From Desulfobacterales bacterium (GTDB lineage: Bacteria; Desulfobacterota; Desulfobacteria; Desulfobacterales; UBA5852): 64,000 bases of DNA. Position 1 is the first letter of the stretch; each line of letters opens with the position of its first letter. Of this stretch, positions 22,717 to 32,387 are shown piece by piece. Where the stretch lies: NCBI GenBank assembly GCA_963674755.2, contig CAXXVS010000003.1, positions 2,272,001 through 2,336,000 of the forward strand, given 5' to 3'. The notes beneath the pieces are model-generated. The model saw nothing but the letters and a program-made list of their open reading frames with translations, was not told where the DNA came from and did not search any database. Position numbers and translations under genes: made by a program.

Positions 22717-23274
22717 ATGAGTGATTATCTTAGTGAAGACGCATATCATAATACACGCCAAGCTTATAATGATGCTGAACTTGAAGTCAGCGGAAGATAT
22801 GATACATGGATTTTAACTTTATCCGGTGGTGCGCTCGCCATATCAATTACATTTATAGAAAAGATTGCTAAAACCCCAACAGCAGATTCTCTAATCTGGC
22901 TTAAGATTTCATGGGCGAGTTTGGTTGTGTCGCTTTTATTTGCATTGGTTTCGCTAGTCACAAGCCAATCTGCGATAAGAGAAAATAGAAAAGAATTGGA
23001 TAATGCATATTTAGAAAACCGTTCTCCTCGTCTATCTTTTCCAAAATGGTTTACATGGATAACAGAAAGCTTGAATTGGTTTTCGTTATTGTCTTTTATA
23101 TTAGGTGTAGTTTTTTTATGTGTGTTTTCCTTCTCAAATATAGATCATAGTGTATCAAATAGAGGAACGAAAAATGAGCAAAAATCAACAAGATCCAAAA
23201 TCCAAGAGACTTCAACGGGTAAAAATAGAGGGAAAAAACATTCCACAGAAGTCATCGTCAACCCCAAAAAATAA
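22717..23274 (+). CDS. hypothetical membrane protein with 3 predicted TM segments
   Basis: RBS GAGGA; hydrophobic runs WILTLSGGALAISITFI, ISWASLVVSLLFALVSLV, WFSLLSFILGVVFLCVFSF. Confidence 0.8.
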   Translation: MSDYLSEDAYHNTRQAYNDAELEVSGRYDTWILTLSGGALAISITFIEKIAKTPTADSLIWLKISWASLVVSLLFALVSLVTSQSAIRENRKELDNAYLENRSPRLSFPKWFTWITESLNWFSLLSFILGVVFLCVFSFSNIDHSVSNRGTKNEQKSTRSKIQETSTGKNRGKKHSTEVIVNPKK

Positions 23275-23323
23275 GCGTGGATTTGTTCCACCACCACCAC
23301 CGCCAAAGAAAAAACAGAAATAG
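23174..23323 (+). CDS. 49-aa basic proline-rich peptide (not in the ORF track)
   Basis: RBS AGAGGA before ATG 23174; MSKNQQDPKSKRLQRVKIEGKNIPQKSSSTPKNKRGFVPPPPPPKKKQK. Confidence 0.55.
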   Translation: MSKNQQDPKSKRLQRVKIEGKNIPQKSSSTPKNKRGFVPPPPPPKKKQK

Positions 23324-23392
23324 ATTTGGTGTGGGTACATAAACAAAGTGTTTGAATGCAGGTGAATTAATAGAAGAATAGGATTCGCTATA

Positions 23393-24481
23393 ATGCAAAT
23401 GAAACAAATACTTGTAGTGTTTGCAAATCCGGAAGGAACAGACCCATTGAGACTGGGTAATGAGAATAAGGCTATACTTGATAGCGTAAAATTATCAAAA
23501 AATCGAGACAACCTTTCGATTGACTTCAGGCACGCAGCTACGACACATGATGTCAGGAGGTCTTTACTTGAGGAGAATTATAATATTATTCATTTTTCTG
23601 GGCATGGTACAGGTAAGGGCCTTGCATTTGAAAATGAATTAGGAGAAATACAGATTGTACCTCAGGCAGCTCTTGCTGAGCTCCTTGCAGCTTATAGCCC
23701 GCCCCTAGAATGTGCGCTCCTTAATGCTTGCTACACACAGGAACAGGGAAACCTTTTTTCTTTGCGTATCCCATACACTATTGCCATGAGTGGCCCAATA
23801 TCGGATCCATCGGCTATTGAATTTACGCGAGGCTTCTATGATGCAATTGGCGCAGGGAAAGATATTGAATTTGCTTATAACGAAGGATGTAGAGCAGTTG
23901 ATTTGGCCGGACTAAAGGATGACCTGGATCCGGTCTTTATAACCTCAATTCAAGAAGAAATGAAAGTATTTTTTCATAGTTGCCTGCCACAAGCAGAGCG
24001 GCAATCCGATACGAGCCTGCCGTCTTGGCTTCAAGGAGATTGTTTGAGGGTATTTGAGAGCAGCATTCATAGAGCTAGATTCAGTGAACTTGGACTGCTA
24101 ACCACACGTCATATATTGTTGGCGTTGTTGGAACTTGAGAATGGCATTTCGAAAACAGCCATAAAATACATTGGCGGAGATGTTGGGATTATAGCCAAGG
24201 AGATTTCAAATAATATTGATAATGATACAGAGTCGAACCAAAGGGTTAGAGCCACAAAATCAGTTAGGGAATTAATAGAGACATTGAATATTAATTCTAC
24301 CGCTAAAGGGTCTAATTATTTAGATGATGGCATAATTTTTCAAGTCGCATTGGAGCAGGACGCAGACTCCGTTACTATTGTGGAATTATTAAATGACCTC
24401 AAATGCGAGAAGGAAAAGCTATTACAATCTATTGCACAAGTCAGAAAAGCCCAAGATTCTACTCCAAGTAGAAAAATTTAG
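23393..24481 (+). CDS. CHAT (caspase-like) protease domain fused to a Clp N-terminal repeat-like domain
   Basis: FANP..T.PLRL, catalytic HFSGHG and LLNAC, FTRGFYDA; C-terminal LLTTRHILLALLE and TKSVRELIE...GSNYLDD resemble the two Clp_N repeats. Confidence 0.85.
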   Translation: MQMKQILVVFANPEGTDPLRLGNENKAILDSVKLSKNRDNLSIDFRHAATTHDVRRSLLEENYNIIHFSGHGTGKGLAFENELGEIQIVPQAALAELLAAYSPPLECALLNACYTQEQGNLFSLRIPYTIAMSGPISDPSAIEFTRGFYDAIGAGKDIEFAYNEGCRAVDLAGLKDDLDPVFITSIQEEMKVFFHSCLPQAERQSDTSLPSWLQGDCLRVFESSIHRARFSELGLLTTRHILLALLELENGISKTAIKYIGGDVGIIAKEISNNIDNDTESNQRVRATKSVRELIETLNINSTAKGSNYLDDGIIFQVALEQDADSVTIVELLNDLKCEKEKLLQSIAQVRKAQDSTPSRKI

Positions 24482-26329
24482 GTGAAAAAGATGAATAATT
24501 TTGAAACACCACCAAGGAGTACCACCAAAATCAAACCAAGGACGAAGATGTTTAGGTGGTGGAAGGAAGCCGAACTGATTTCGAACAGGTGGTTTATTCA
24601 CAGAGCAATTCCGCCCAGTCAAATGGGGATTATTTATTTCTGCTTTGACATTAAACTTGGCCAACCTATGGTAGTCAAGTCATTACCTTTCGAATCTTTG
24701 TCGGATATGAAAGCGCAAGAACGATTTGTTAATGAATGTAAAACCTGGGTGGATTTAGGAAACGATCCGAATATTGTAAAAGCGTATTTTGTTGAATTAG
24801 TGAATGGGTATCCATATGTTTTCGTAGAATGGATAGATGGCAAAGACATTTATAATGCCGGACTGGATGCATGGATAGGGACGCATAGCCTGTCTATCGA
24901 TCGCTCATTAGATATTGCCGCCCAGATATGTGATGGTATGAGTTATGCCGCAAAAATATTTAAGAAAAAGGAACAAGTATTCATACATCGGGATATCAAA
25001 CCCTCTAATATATTGATTACGGCTGATTGGAGGGCTAAAGTTACTGATTTTGGCATCGCAAAGATGAGGTTGAATGAGTATCTTGTAAAGTCTAAAGGGG
25101 TGAAAGAATCTTCCCTGGAGTATAGTGATTTCCTTGGAACTCCTCAATATATGTCGCCAGAACATTTCGATGATCCTACTTCCGTAGATTGTCGCAGTGA
25201 TATTTATTCTTTTGGTTGCACTCTCTTTGAAATGATAACCGGACAACATGTGTTTAAATCTGATTCTTGGGAGGCATGGCGAGAAGCTCATGTGAACCAA
25301 TCAGCACCCAGACTCAAAGAAATTTGCCCAGAAATACCACAACATATTGATGAATTGATCAAAAGCTGCCTATGCAAAAATCCAGGAGATCGGCCACAAA
25401 GTTTTGAAGAATTAAAAGAGCGGCTGTTTACTAACGTTTTGAATTCAATGAAGAAGCTGGATAAAACCAGCTCGTTTTTGGATTTAATGAATAAAGGCAC
25501 GTCGCTTGACTCTTTGGGAAAATTTAACGATGCAATTCCATACTTTGATAAAGCTGAGGGAGCTCTAAGTGCGATTGATGAAGGACTCGACAAAACTATC
25601 TCTGAGTTTATGCTTGCCTGTAACCGGGCGATTACCCTTGAACATATAGGAGATTTTATTGAATCAATCGCTCAGTGGGACAAAGCATCGGAGTTGGCTG
25701 AAAAAATACCATCTGGTTATAGGAGTATGGTCTCCAGCCTTCCACTTAATAAAGCTTCAGCACTGTTGGGTAAAGTTTTGACCATTGCAACTAAAGGTGA
25801 CATTAACCAAGCGATCGAACTTTGCAGAAGTGTTTTGGATGAACAGCCTAATAATGCGATTGCAGTTTCACGAATGGGATACTTATTAGTGCGTAATGAA
25901 CAATATCATGAAGCTATACCTTGGTGTGAGCGTGCTATTAAGGTTAATGCTCACGATCCTGACTCCTTTGCAAATCTTGGGGCAGCTCTTCACGAAGTTG
26001 GCGAAATTGAACGAGCCCATAAAGTTCTTCAAAAAGCTCTTGACTTGGCTCCAACACATTCAAAAGCCTTATATAGCATGGGAACTTTACTGCTCCAGAA
26101 TGGCTCAACTGAGCAATCTATTCAGTATTTGCGGAAAAGCGTCAAGATAAATCCTCAGTTTAGTGAAGCGTGGAACCATCTCGGGATAGCCTTGCATAAC
26201 TCCAATGACCCAGATTGTAGAACTTGCTTTGAACAGGCTTTACGCGTAGATCAAAATAACCAAATGGCATTGCGCAATTTGACAGGTATAATTCAACAAG
26301 AGGAAAATTCCAGTCCAAGGGGTATTTAG
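24482..26329 (+). CDS. Hanks-type Ser/Thr protein kinase with C-terminal TPR array
   Basis: VVK, RFVNE, HRDIKPSN, DFG, GTPQYMSPE, DIYSFG; TPRs such as SFANLGAAL and AWNHLGIAL; true start may be ATG 24491. Confidence 0.93.
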   Translation: MKKMNNFETPPRSTTKIKPRTKMFRWWKEAELISNRWFIHRAIPPSQMGIIYFCFDIKLGQPMVVKSLPFESLSDMKAQERFVNECKTWVDLGNDPNIVKAYFVELVNGYPYVFVEWIDGKDIYNAGLDAWIGTHSLSIDRSLDIAAQICDGMSYAAKIFKKKEQVFIHRDIKPSNILITADWRAKVTDFGIAKMRLNEYLVKSKGVKESSLEYSDFLGTPQYMSPEHFDDPTSVDCRSDIYSFGCTLFEMITGQHVFKSDSWEAWREAHVNQSAPRLKEICPEIPQHIDELIKSCLCKNPGDRPQSFEELKERLFTNVLNSMKKLDKTSSFLDLMNKGTSLDSLGKFNDAIPYFDKAEGALSAIDEGLDKTISEFMLACNRAITLEHIGDFIESIAQWDKASELAEKIPSGYRSMVSSLPLNKASALLGKVLTIATKGDINQAIELCRSVLDEQPNNAIAVSRMGYLLVRNEQYHEAIPWCERAIKVNAHDPDSFANLGAALHEVGEIERAHKVLQKALDLAPTHSKALYSMGTLLLQNGSTEQSIQYLRKSVKINPQFSEAWNHLGIALHNSNDPDCRTCFEQALRVDQNNQMALRNLTGIIQQEENSSPRGI

Positions 26330-26647
26330 GGGACATTCTATATTCCCCTTGTCAACAAAATAATTAAAATAGAATAATCAAATAGTTACAATTGTTGTCA
26401 GAGACAAGAAACACTTCTCCTGTCGGTTTTGTAGATCGGCGAGTATCTCTCCAGTCGGCGAACTCATGGCCTGATCGTTACAGTTATCCGGTGTCCAGCC
26501 GGAAACGGCGGCACCCATCATTCCTTATCCAGGCTTGGAGTTCAGAGAGAGGCCCGGGTATTGTCCCTCCAGAGGTTATGACCTCAACGTTGTTGAAAGG
26601 GCTCTCTCGCCGAACAAACAGCTTTGTTTGTAATTTGCTACAGCGCC

Positions 26648-27302
26648 TTAACTGGTCAGCAAAGCGGGATCATAATCTGTATCGTCGCGCATCATACACC
26701 AAGCAATGACCAGCATTTTGACGGCCAATTTAACCCGCATCTTGGTCCGGATGCCGCGCTCACGTTCCCGGCCTTGAAGATAACGGGTGAACAAAGCGCG
26801 GAAGCCATCGTTGTGATACGAGGCGATCTGCGCTGCTTGATAAAGAGCGTAACGCAGGTCGCTGTTACCACGTTTGGAGATCACCGGTACGGCTGTATCA
26901 CTGGTCTTGCCGCTGCGTTTAGCATTCAAATCATAACCGGCCAAACGGATGAGCTGCTTTCGTCCGGCAAAGCGGTGCGGATCCCCGATGCGGGCGATCA
27001 CCTGGGAGGCGATGTAGGGGCCAAAACCCGGGATCGTTAGCAGTCGCCGATAGGATGAGAAGCGCTGACAGATTCGTTCAATGCGCTTTTCCGTGCGCTC
27101 AATTCGTTCGCGCAAATCATACAGGCGATCCACCAGCAGCCGGGCTTCAAAGCGGACCGCGGCATCCGTGGGGCAGCCGATGGAGACCGCCGCGGCATCG
27201 TAGATGCGCTGCAAACGCTTGACTTGACGCAGTCCCCGGTCGCGATCGGTCACCCGGCGGAGGAACTCGTTAAAGGGCATGGCGCTGATCGTGCGCGGAT
27301 CC
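26648..27302 (-). pseudogene. IS110 recombinase, C-terminal part
   Basis: LLTIPGFGPYIAS, RSGK, ISKRGNSDLRYALYQAA; in frame with 30001-30634 once IS21 and one TSD are removed. Confidence 0.92.
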
Positions 27303-27393
27303 TGTCAATGATCACCCTAATGAGGCCACCTATGATCGCCTTAATGGGGCCATTTCAAACCGACCAAAAAGCGGTTTTCGGACCGGCTTCAAA

Positions 27394-28197
27394 CTATTGT
27401 TTTTCACCCCCTTTCGAACCGCCGTTTTTGGGCGTTTTTTGACATGTGTTTTTAGCTGATTTGGAGACCGGTCGCGGGGAGCGATAGCTCTTGCCCTCCA
27501 GCACGACGGTGTAGGCACCGTGGCGCAGCCGGTCGACGGTGGCTTCCCCCAAAATCCGGTTTGGAAAGGCGTCGGTCCATTCCGGGATGTCCAGGTTCGA
27601 GGTCACGATGGTGCTTTTGCGCTCGTAGCGCTCTGAGATGACATCGTGGAAGTCCTCGTCCTGAGCGGGTTTGAGGGGTTTAAGGCCGAAGTCGTCAATG
27701 ATCAGGAGATCGACGCCGGCGATCTTTGCAAAATGCCGATCGTAGCCGTTGGTTGCCCGGGCGGCGTTTAGCTGGGAGAGCATCTTGGATGCGGAAGTAA
27801 AGAGCACGCTGTGCCCGTTTCGAATGGCGCTGTGGCCGAGGGCCTGCGCCAGATGGCTTTTTCCCGTTCCGCACGGGCCGATGATGAACACACAGACCCG
27901 CTCGGCCATGAACCGGCACGAGGCCAGCTCCATGACCAGGGCGCGATTGATGTTGGGATTGTAGGCGAAGTCAAACTCTTCCAGGGTTTTCTGGTTACGG
28001 AAGTTGGCCCGCCGCAGGGCGGAGGCTAATTTCTTCTGGTTGCGACGGGCGATTTCGTCGGTGATGATGGTGGCCAGAAAGTCCATGTAGGACATCTTGT
28101 TTTCGATGGCCTGCCGGTTGCGCGACTCGATGGAGTCCAGGATTCCCGACAGGCGAAGCTGCTTTAGCATGGGCGTCAGATCGGGTATCGGATTCAT
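27394..28197 (-). CDS. istB: IS21 helper AAA+ ATPase
   Basis: GPCGTGKSH, LLIIDDFG, RYERKSTIVTSN, DRLRH. Confidence 0.96.
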   Translation of the reverse strand: MNPIPDLTPMLKQLRLSGILDSIESRNRQAIENKMSYMDFLATIITDEIARRNQKKLASALRRANFRNQKTLEEFDFAYNPNINRALVMELASCRFMAERVCVFIIGPCGTGKSHLAQALGHSAIRNGHSVLFTSASKMLSQLNAARATNGYDRHFAKIAGVDLLIIDDFGLKPLKPAQDEDFHDVISERYERKSTIVTSNLDIPEWTDAFPNRILGEATVDRLRHGAYTVVLEGKSYRSPRPVSKSAKNTCQKTPKNGGSKGGEKQ

Positions 28198-29744
28198 GAC
28201 GGCCTCCTTTCCCGGTACACCTGGTGGCGAAGAAAACGGCCGTTGCCGGTGTACGCCGCAGCTAGCGGGATCACGTTGGGCTGCTCGTAGAGCGGCGCCT
28301 GGTCAAGGCCCTGATGCAGGATGCTTTTTACCGTACGGTATTTGACGTTGTCGAAGTGAAGCGCCCGGCGGCAGGCGGCTTCCAGGCGGGCCGTGCCGTA
28401 CTTTTTGCTCAAGCCGATTACGCCCTGGGCCGCGCGCAGATTGTCGAGCACTTTGTGGGCAAACAGCCGGCGGACGAGCCGATGACAATCCGGGCCGACG
28501 GCTTCGGCCTGCTTCAGACACCACTGTGGGTCCTGCATCTTGTAGGCCAGGGCTTCCGGCGGCATGTGGCCGTCGACCGTCGAGCGCTGGCCGGCGCGCT
28601 TGAGCCGCGGGTGGGTGGCCACGAGCTTCACGTCCTGGTAGAGTTTTACGGTCGTGTCGGTGGCTTTTAGCATCAGCTCCTGGTGCACCAAGCGGAAGGG
28701 CGCCGAGTAGTAGGCCTTTTCAAACTGCACATGGCAATTGCCGTGCACCTTGACCCGGGTCCAGACGGCGAGTTCCACGGGAACATCTGGCAGCGGCTTT
28801 AAAAAGTGTTTTTCGGTCTCCGCAAACATCTCCAGCGGCCTTCGGTGGGTTGTGCCGTGGATGCGGTTGCCGGCCCTTTCCAGCAGCCAGCGGACAAGCT
28901 GCTCGTTGGCGTCGGCCAGGGTTCGGAAGGTACGAAGCGGCACGAAGTTGTTTTTGACATATTTGACACCGGACTCGACCCGGCCCTTTTTCTGCGGGTC
29001 CCGGACGGGACACGGCGAAATGAGAAAGCCGTATCCTTCGGCCAGCTCGCCGTAGGAGCGCTGAACGTCCGGATCGGTGTAGCAGGCCCGGGTGATGGCG
29101 CACTTGGGATTGTCGATGATCATTTTGGCCGCCACGCCATTGAAAAACGCGAATGCGCGCCGATGGCAGGCCAGCCAGGTTGCAACTTTCTGGTCGGTGA
29201 CGATCTCGGCATACATGTGGCGGCTGAAGCACAGCGTCATCACAAAGATCCAGGTCTTGATCACCGCGCCGGTAAACACGTCCTTGATCGTGGGCCCTTT
29301 GCCGAAGTCAACCTGGGCTGCTTCGCCTGGGGCAAAGTCCAGAACGCAAGAGGCTTTGGGGCTCGCGTGGCGCAGCTTTCTTACCTGGCGCCGGACAGAG
29401 GAATAACTGCCGGAAAATCCGAACTGCCCGACCAAGGCCTCATAGATCGTCGTGGCTTGAATGCCCTCTGCGACCCATTGCTTGATCTGATCCGCATGCG
29501 GCTGGGTCAACGGGGCTTGGTTTTGGCCGGGGGATCTTTTAACCTCGAAGATCTTGGCGAGTTGTTCGTCGTCGGGCAGCGGGCCGCTATTGAGCCAGCC
29601 CTTTTGCCCAGCGACCTCCCGCACGGCGGCGCATTTGGTCCGTCCGATCAGTTGGCTTTTCGCGATGGCGCGGTCGCTTTGTCCAAGGCGCATACGGTGG
29701 ATGACTTGTCGGTACTGATGCATCTCGATTCTCCTGTTGGCCAT
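28194..29744 (-). CDS. istA: IS21 DDE transposase
   Basis: PGEAAQVDFG, IIDNPK, KGRVESGVKY; 4-bp overlap with istB. Confidence 0.95.
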   Translation of the reverse strand: MANRRIEMHQYRQVIHRMRLGQSDRAIAKSQLIGRTKCAAVREVAGQKGWLNSGPLPDDEQLAKIFEVKRSPGQNQAPLTQPHADQIKQWVAEGIQATTIYEALVGQFGFSGSYSSVRRQVRKLRHASPKASCVLDFAPGEAAQVDFGKGPTIKDVFTGAVIKTWIFVMTLCFSRHMYAEIVTDQKVATWLACHRRAFAFFNGVAAKMIIDNPKCAITRACYTDPDVQRSYGELAEGYGFLISPCPVRDPQKKGRVESGVKYVKNNFVPLRTFRTLADANEQLVRWLLERAGNRIHGTTHRRPLEMFAETEKHFLKPLPDVPVELAVWTRVKVHGNCHVQFEKAYYSAPFRLVHQELMLKATDTTVKLYQDVKLVATHPRLKRAGQRSTVDGHMPPEALAYKMQDPQWCLKQAEAVGPDCHRLVRRLFAHKVLDNLRAAQGVIGLSKKYGTARLEAACRRALHFDNVKYRTVKSILHQGLDQAPLYEQPNVIPLAAAYTGNGRFLRHQVYRERRPS

Positions 29745-29850
29745 GGCATTCCTCCCGGCGGCTGGTGGTTTGCCGGAAAGACTTACCAGATTGTGGATGT
29801 AAGGTCCGAGATGCTTTTTGGTTTTATACGCGTTTTTCCCTGCGGCAGGT

Positions 29851-30000
29851 GGCCTCATTACGGTGATCACCAACTGGCCTCATTAGGGTGATCATCAAGT
29901 GGCTCCATTAGGGTGCTCACAAAGTGGCCTCATTAGGGTGATCACAGGGTGGCCCCATTAGGGTGCTCATGGAATGGCTCTATAGCAGTGACCATTAACA
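29851..30000. repeat. six tandem 25-bp repeats at the istA-proximal IS21 end (transposase binding sites)
   Basis: GGCCTCATTAGGGTGATCAC-like unit at exact 25-bp period; two inverted copies at 27303-27352. Confidence 0.9.
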
Positions 30001-30634
30001 GATCCAGGCAACTGCGGACGATGGCCAGATTCTCTTTAAGACAACTGCCCCACAGGCGATCCATCTCGGGGAAGTGGCGAACCAGAAGCCCATTGCGGAT
30101 CTGCATGCGTACGCTGTGTTCATCGCGTTTGAGCCGCTTGCGAAGTGAAAGCAAGCTGCGCAACGCAGTAAGCTCCGCCGAAGGCTTTTCAAAGAACTGG
30201 CATTTGCCCTGCGCCATCAGGTCGGCCACATTGGCGCTGTCTTTGGTGTCGTTCTTATCCCAGCGCCCGTCAAGACTCTCGCGGTTGTCGGCAATGGCTT
30301 TGTTGGAGACCAGTACCAGAAGTTGATCCTGTTCCAAAAGCCAGTTGGCCAAAGGCTTGTGGTAATTGCCGGTGGGCTCCAGTCCGAAAGCGACCCTTCG
30401 GCAGGAATGGGCCACCATCAGTTGTTCAGCTCTTTCGATGAGCTGCTCGAAACCGGTGCGGTCGTTGTCAAAGATCAGGCGCTTTAGGAGCGTCTTGCCG
30501 GTGGCGGTGCCGAAGAAGGCATGATGGCGTTCCTTAGCCACATCGATGCCGACGAGCATATAATCCTGGCTGCCTCGCACGGAGGTGCGAAATTGACAGT
30601 ATTCCTCGTACCTGCTAATTTCTCTGTTACCCAT
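30001..30634 (-). pseudogene. IS110 recombinase, N-terminal RuvC-like DEDD part
   Basis: VGIDVAK, GLEPTGNY, KNDTKDS; RBS GAGGAGG. Confidence 0.92.
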
Positions 30635-30768
30635 AATAGCCTCCTCGTAGCTCGTGTTGAAGGTTTGTCCACCTTTGTGCTACCTGGAGGCTATTTTCTT
30701 TTCAAGGCGATAATTACTTTTGTTTTTACTACTCTTGGAGGTATATTCTCTAACTATTTCAATATATA

Positions 30769-30821
30769 ACGTTGTTGACTAAATGTACAAGAGTTGGATT
30801 TGTACACTTAGTCAACAACGT
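30769..30821. repeat. 22-bp-stem inverted repeat at the IS110 5' end
   Basis: ACGTTGTTGACTAAATGTACAA-N9-TTGTACACTTAGTCAACAACGT (1 mismatch). Confidence 0.85.
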
Positions 30822-31357
30822 CCCTTTTCCTCTAGGCGGCACCGAAACGCTCAAAATGAAATTGACGCTGTCCTTTTAAAACAGAGCTTGGATGGATCAT
30901 CGCAATTGTCTCGCAATGTGGTGGTCAATAATGTGCAAGCAGGAAGTCTGAGCGATAGGACCCCTCAGGAGAAACCGAAGATCCGGGATAGGGCCGCTTT
31001 AATGGATGATGTCAGTATGACCTATCGCTAGCCGACAGCCATACGTCAGCAATGCTTAAAAAATCAAATCGTTTTTGGCGGGCCATCCCATCGCGCCTGC
31101 AATTCAGGGGCGGCGACCCCTGCTGCAATAGCCATCCCGTTGCGGATGTTCCGATCCGCTGGGGAAAGGGGCTTATATGCCAGCGGCATCGAGGGTGTTA
31201 AATGCGGACATCAATCCCAAAAAGCGTAGGAAAGGGAATGTGGTTGTCGCTGTATGGGGATAGTCGAAGGATATGAAAACCGGCCATCGGTAACTCATCG
31301 GGCGTTGCAAGCGTGCTCAAAGTGCCGCTCCGCTTCCCTCCAATGATAACGTGTGAC

Positions 31358-32278
31358 TTATTGCCCAGGCGTCAAAATTGTTGTCATATAGGCGGTTGCA
31401 AAATCGATGAAGGTGCGTACGCCCAATGGCAAGCGTCTCTGCACAGGATAGACGATGTGAGCCGGCAGATCTTCGGCTTGCCATTTCGGTAAAACCCTTA
31501 TCAGCCGCTCCGAAACAATATCTTCGGCGATCAACCACTCCGGTAAAACCGCAACCCCAAGTCCCATCCGCGCTGCTTCGCGCAAGCTGGTTACACCTTC
31601 GGACGTTAAGACGGGCGTTATCGCCACCCTCTGCTTTTTCTGCCCTGTTGCATAAATGAGGACTTCCTTCTTCCCGCCGAATTGAACGCCGGAAAGCGCC
31701 AGCCACGGCCAGGACTGAAGTTGAATGGGTTGGGAGACGGTCTTTTGCTTCTTTAGAAACTTGGGGGAAGCGACGAGATAGCGTTTAATGACCGGAAGCG
31801 GGTGCGCGATGATCGTATCGTCGGTAATGGTGCCGGCGATGATGCCAAGATCGCATCCTTCTTCAAGCATACGCATGGGACGGTTGGAATAGGCAAGGTC
31901 AACCGTCACGGCCGGGTTGGTCTGAATAAAGCTTGTGACCAAGCGGCTGACAACATTCTGACCGAAATCGATTGTCGCGAACAGACGGATATGACCCTGA
32001 ATGATGTCATGGTCATTCAGCCTGCGCCGTTCGGCCTCTTCCGCCATTGCCAGAAGGGATTTTGCCTCTTCCAGAAATTGATGCCCCGCGGAAGAAAGGC
32101 GAATCCGATGGGTGTCCCTGTACAATAAGACGGTACCGCAGCGCTTTTCCAGGGTTTGCAGATAGCGGCTCAGGGTCGGCTGCATCACCCGAAGTTTGCG
32201 GGCCGCTGAGGAAATAGTGCCGCTTTCCACAATGCAAACGAAAGCGCGCAGCAGGGATAGGTCGTCGAATGCTGTCAT
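31358..32278 (-). CDS. LysR family transcriptional regulator
   Basis: HTH AFVCIVESGTISSAARKL..QPTLSR...LE; divergent from the SDR gene. Confidence 0.93.
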   Translation of the reverse strand: MTAFDDLSLLRAFVCIVESGTISSAARKLRVMQPTLSRYLQTLEKRCGTVLLYRDTHRIRLSSAGHQFLEEAKSLLAMAEEAERRRLNDHDIIQGHIRLFATIDFGQNVVSRLVTSFIQTNPAVTVDLAYSNRPMRMLEEGCDLGIIAGTITDDTIIAHPLPVIKRYLVASPKFLKKQKTVSQPIQLQSWPWLALSGVQFGGKKEVLIYATGQKKQRVAITPVLTSEGVTSLREAARMGLGVAVLPEWLIAEDIVSERLIRVLPKWQAEDLPAHIVYPVQRRLPLGVRTFIDFATAYMTTILTPGQ

Positions 32279-32387
32279 ACAAAATCAGTATAGCCGATAT
32301 TCTGGTTATGTATCTACCAAAAATTTCGGGCGGCAACATATTGTCGGTTAAGCAAGCAACAAACGCCCAAACCCAAAGGAGGTTGCA

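Larger units (their letters stand above)
27303..30000 (-). mobile_element. IS21-family insertion sequence (2698 bp)
   Basis: TG...CA ends (TGTCAATGATCAC / TGTTAATGGTCAC), 5-bp TSD GATCC at 27298-27302 and 30001-30005, istA-istB. Confidence 0.96.
26299..30833 (-). mobile_element. IS110-family element interrupted by IS21 (ends approximate)
   Basis: Split recombinase gene with long non-coding ends; short inverted repeat AGAGGAAAA (26299) / TTTTCCTCT (30833) taken as tentative limits. Confidence 0.7.

Noticed and set aside
29851..30000. CRISPR-like periodic repeats
   Set aside because: 25-bp tandem units with no real spacers, ending at the IS21 terminus and mirrored at the other end; no cas genes
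30834..31350. Short ORFs between IS110 and LysR
   Set aside because: No recognisable coding signal
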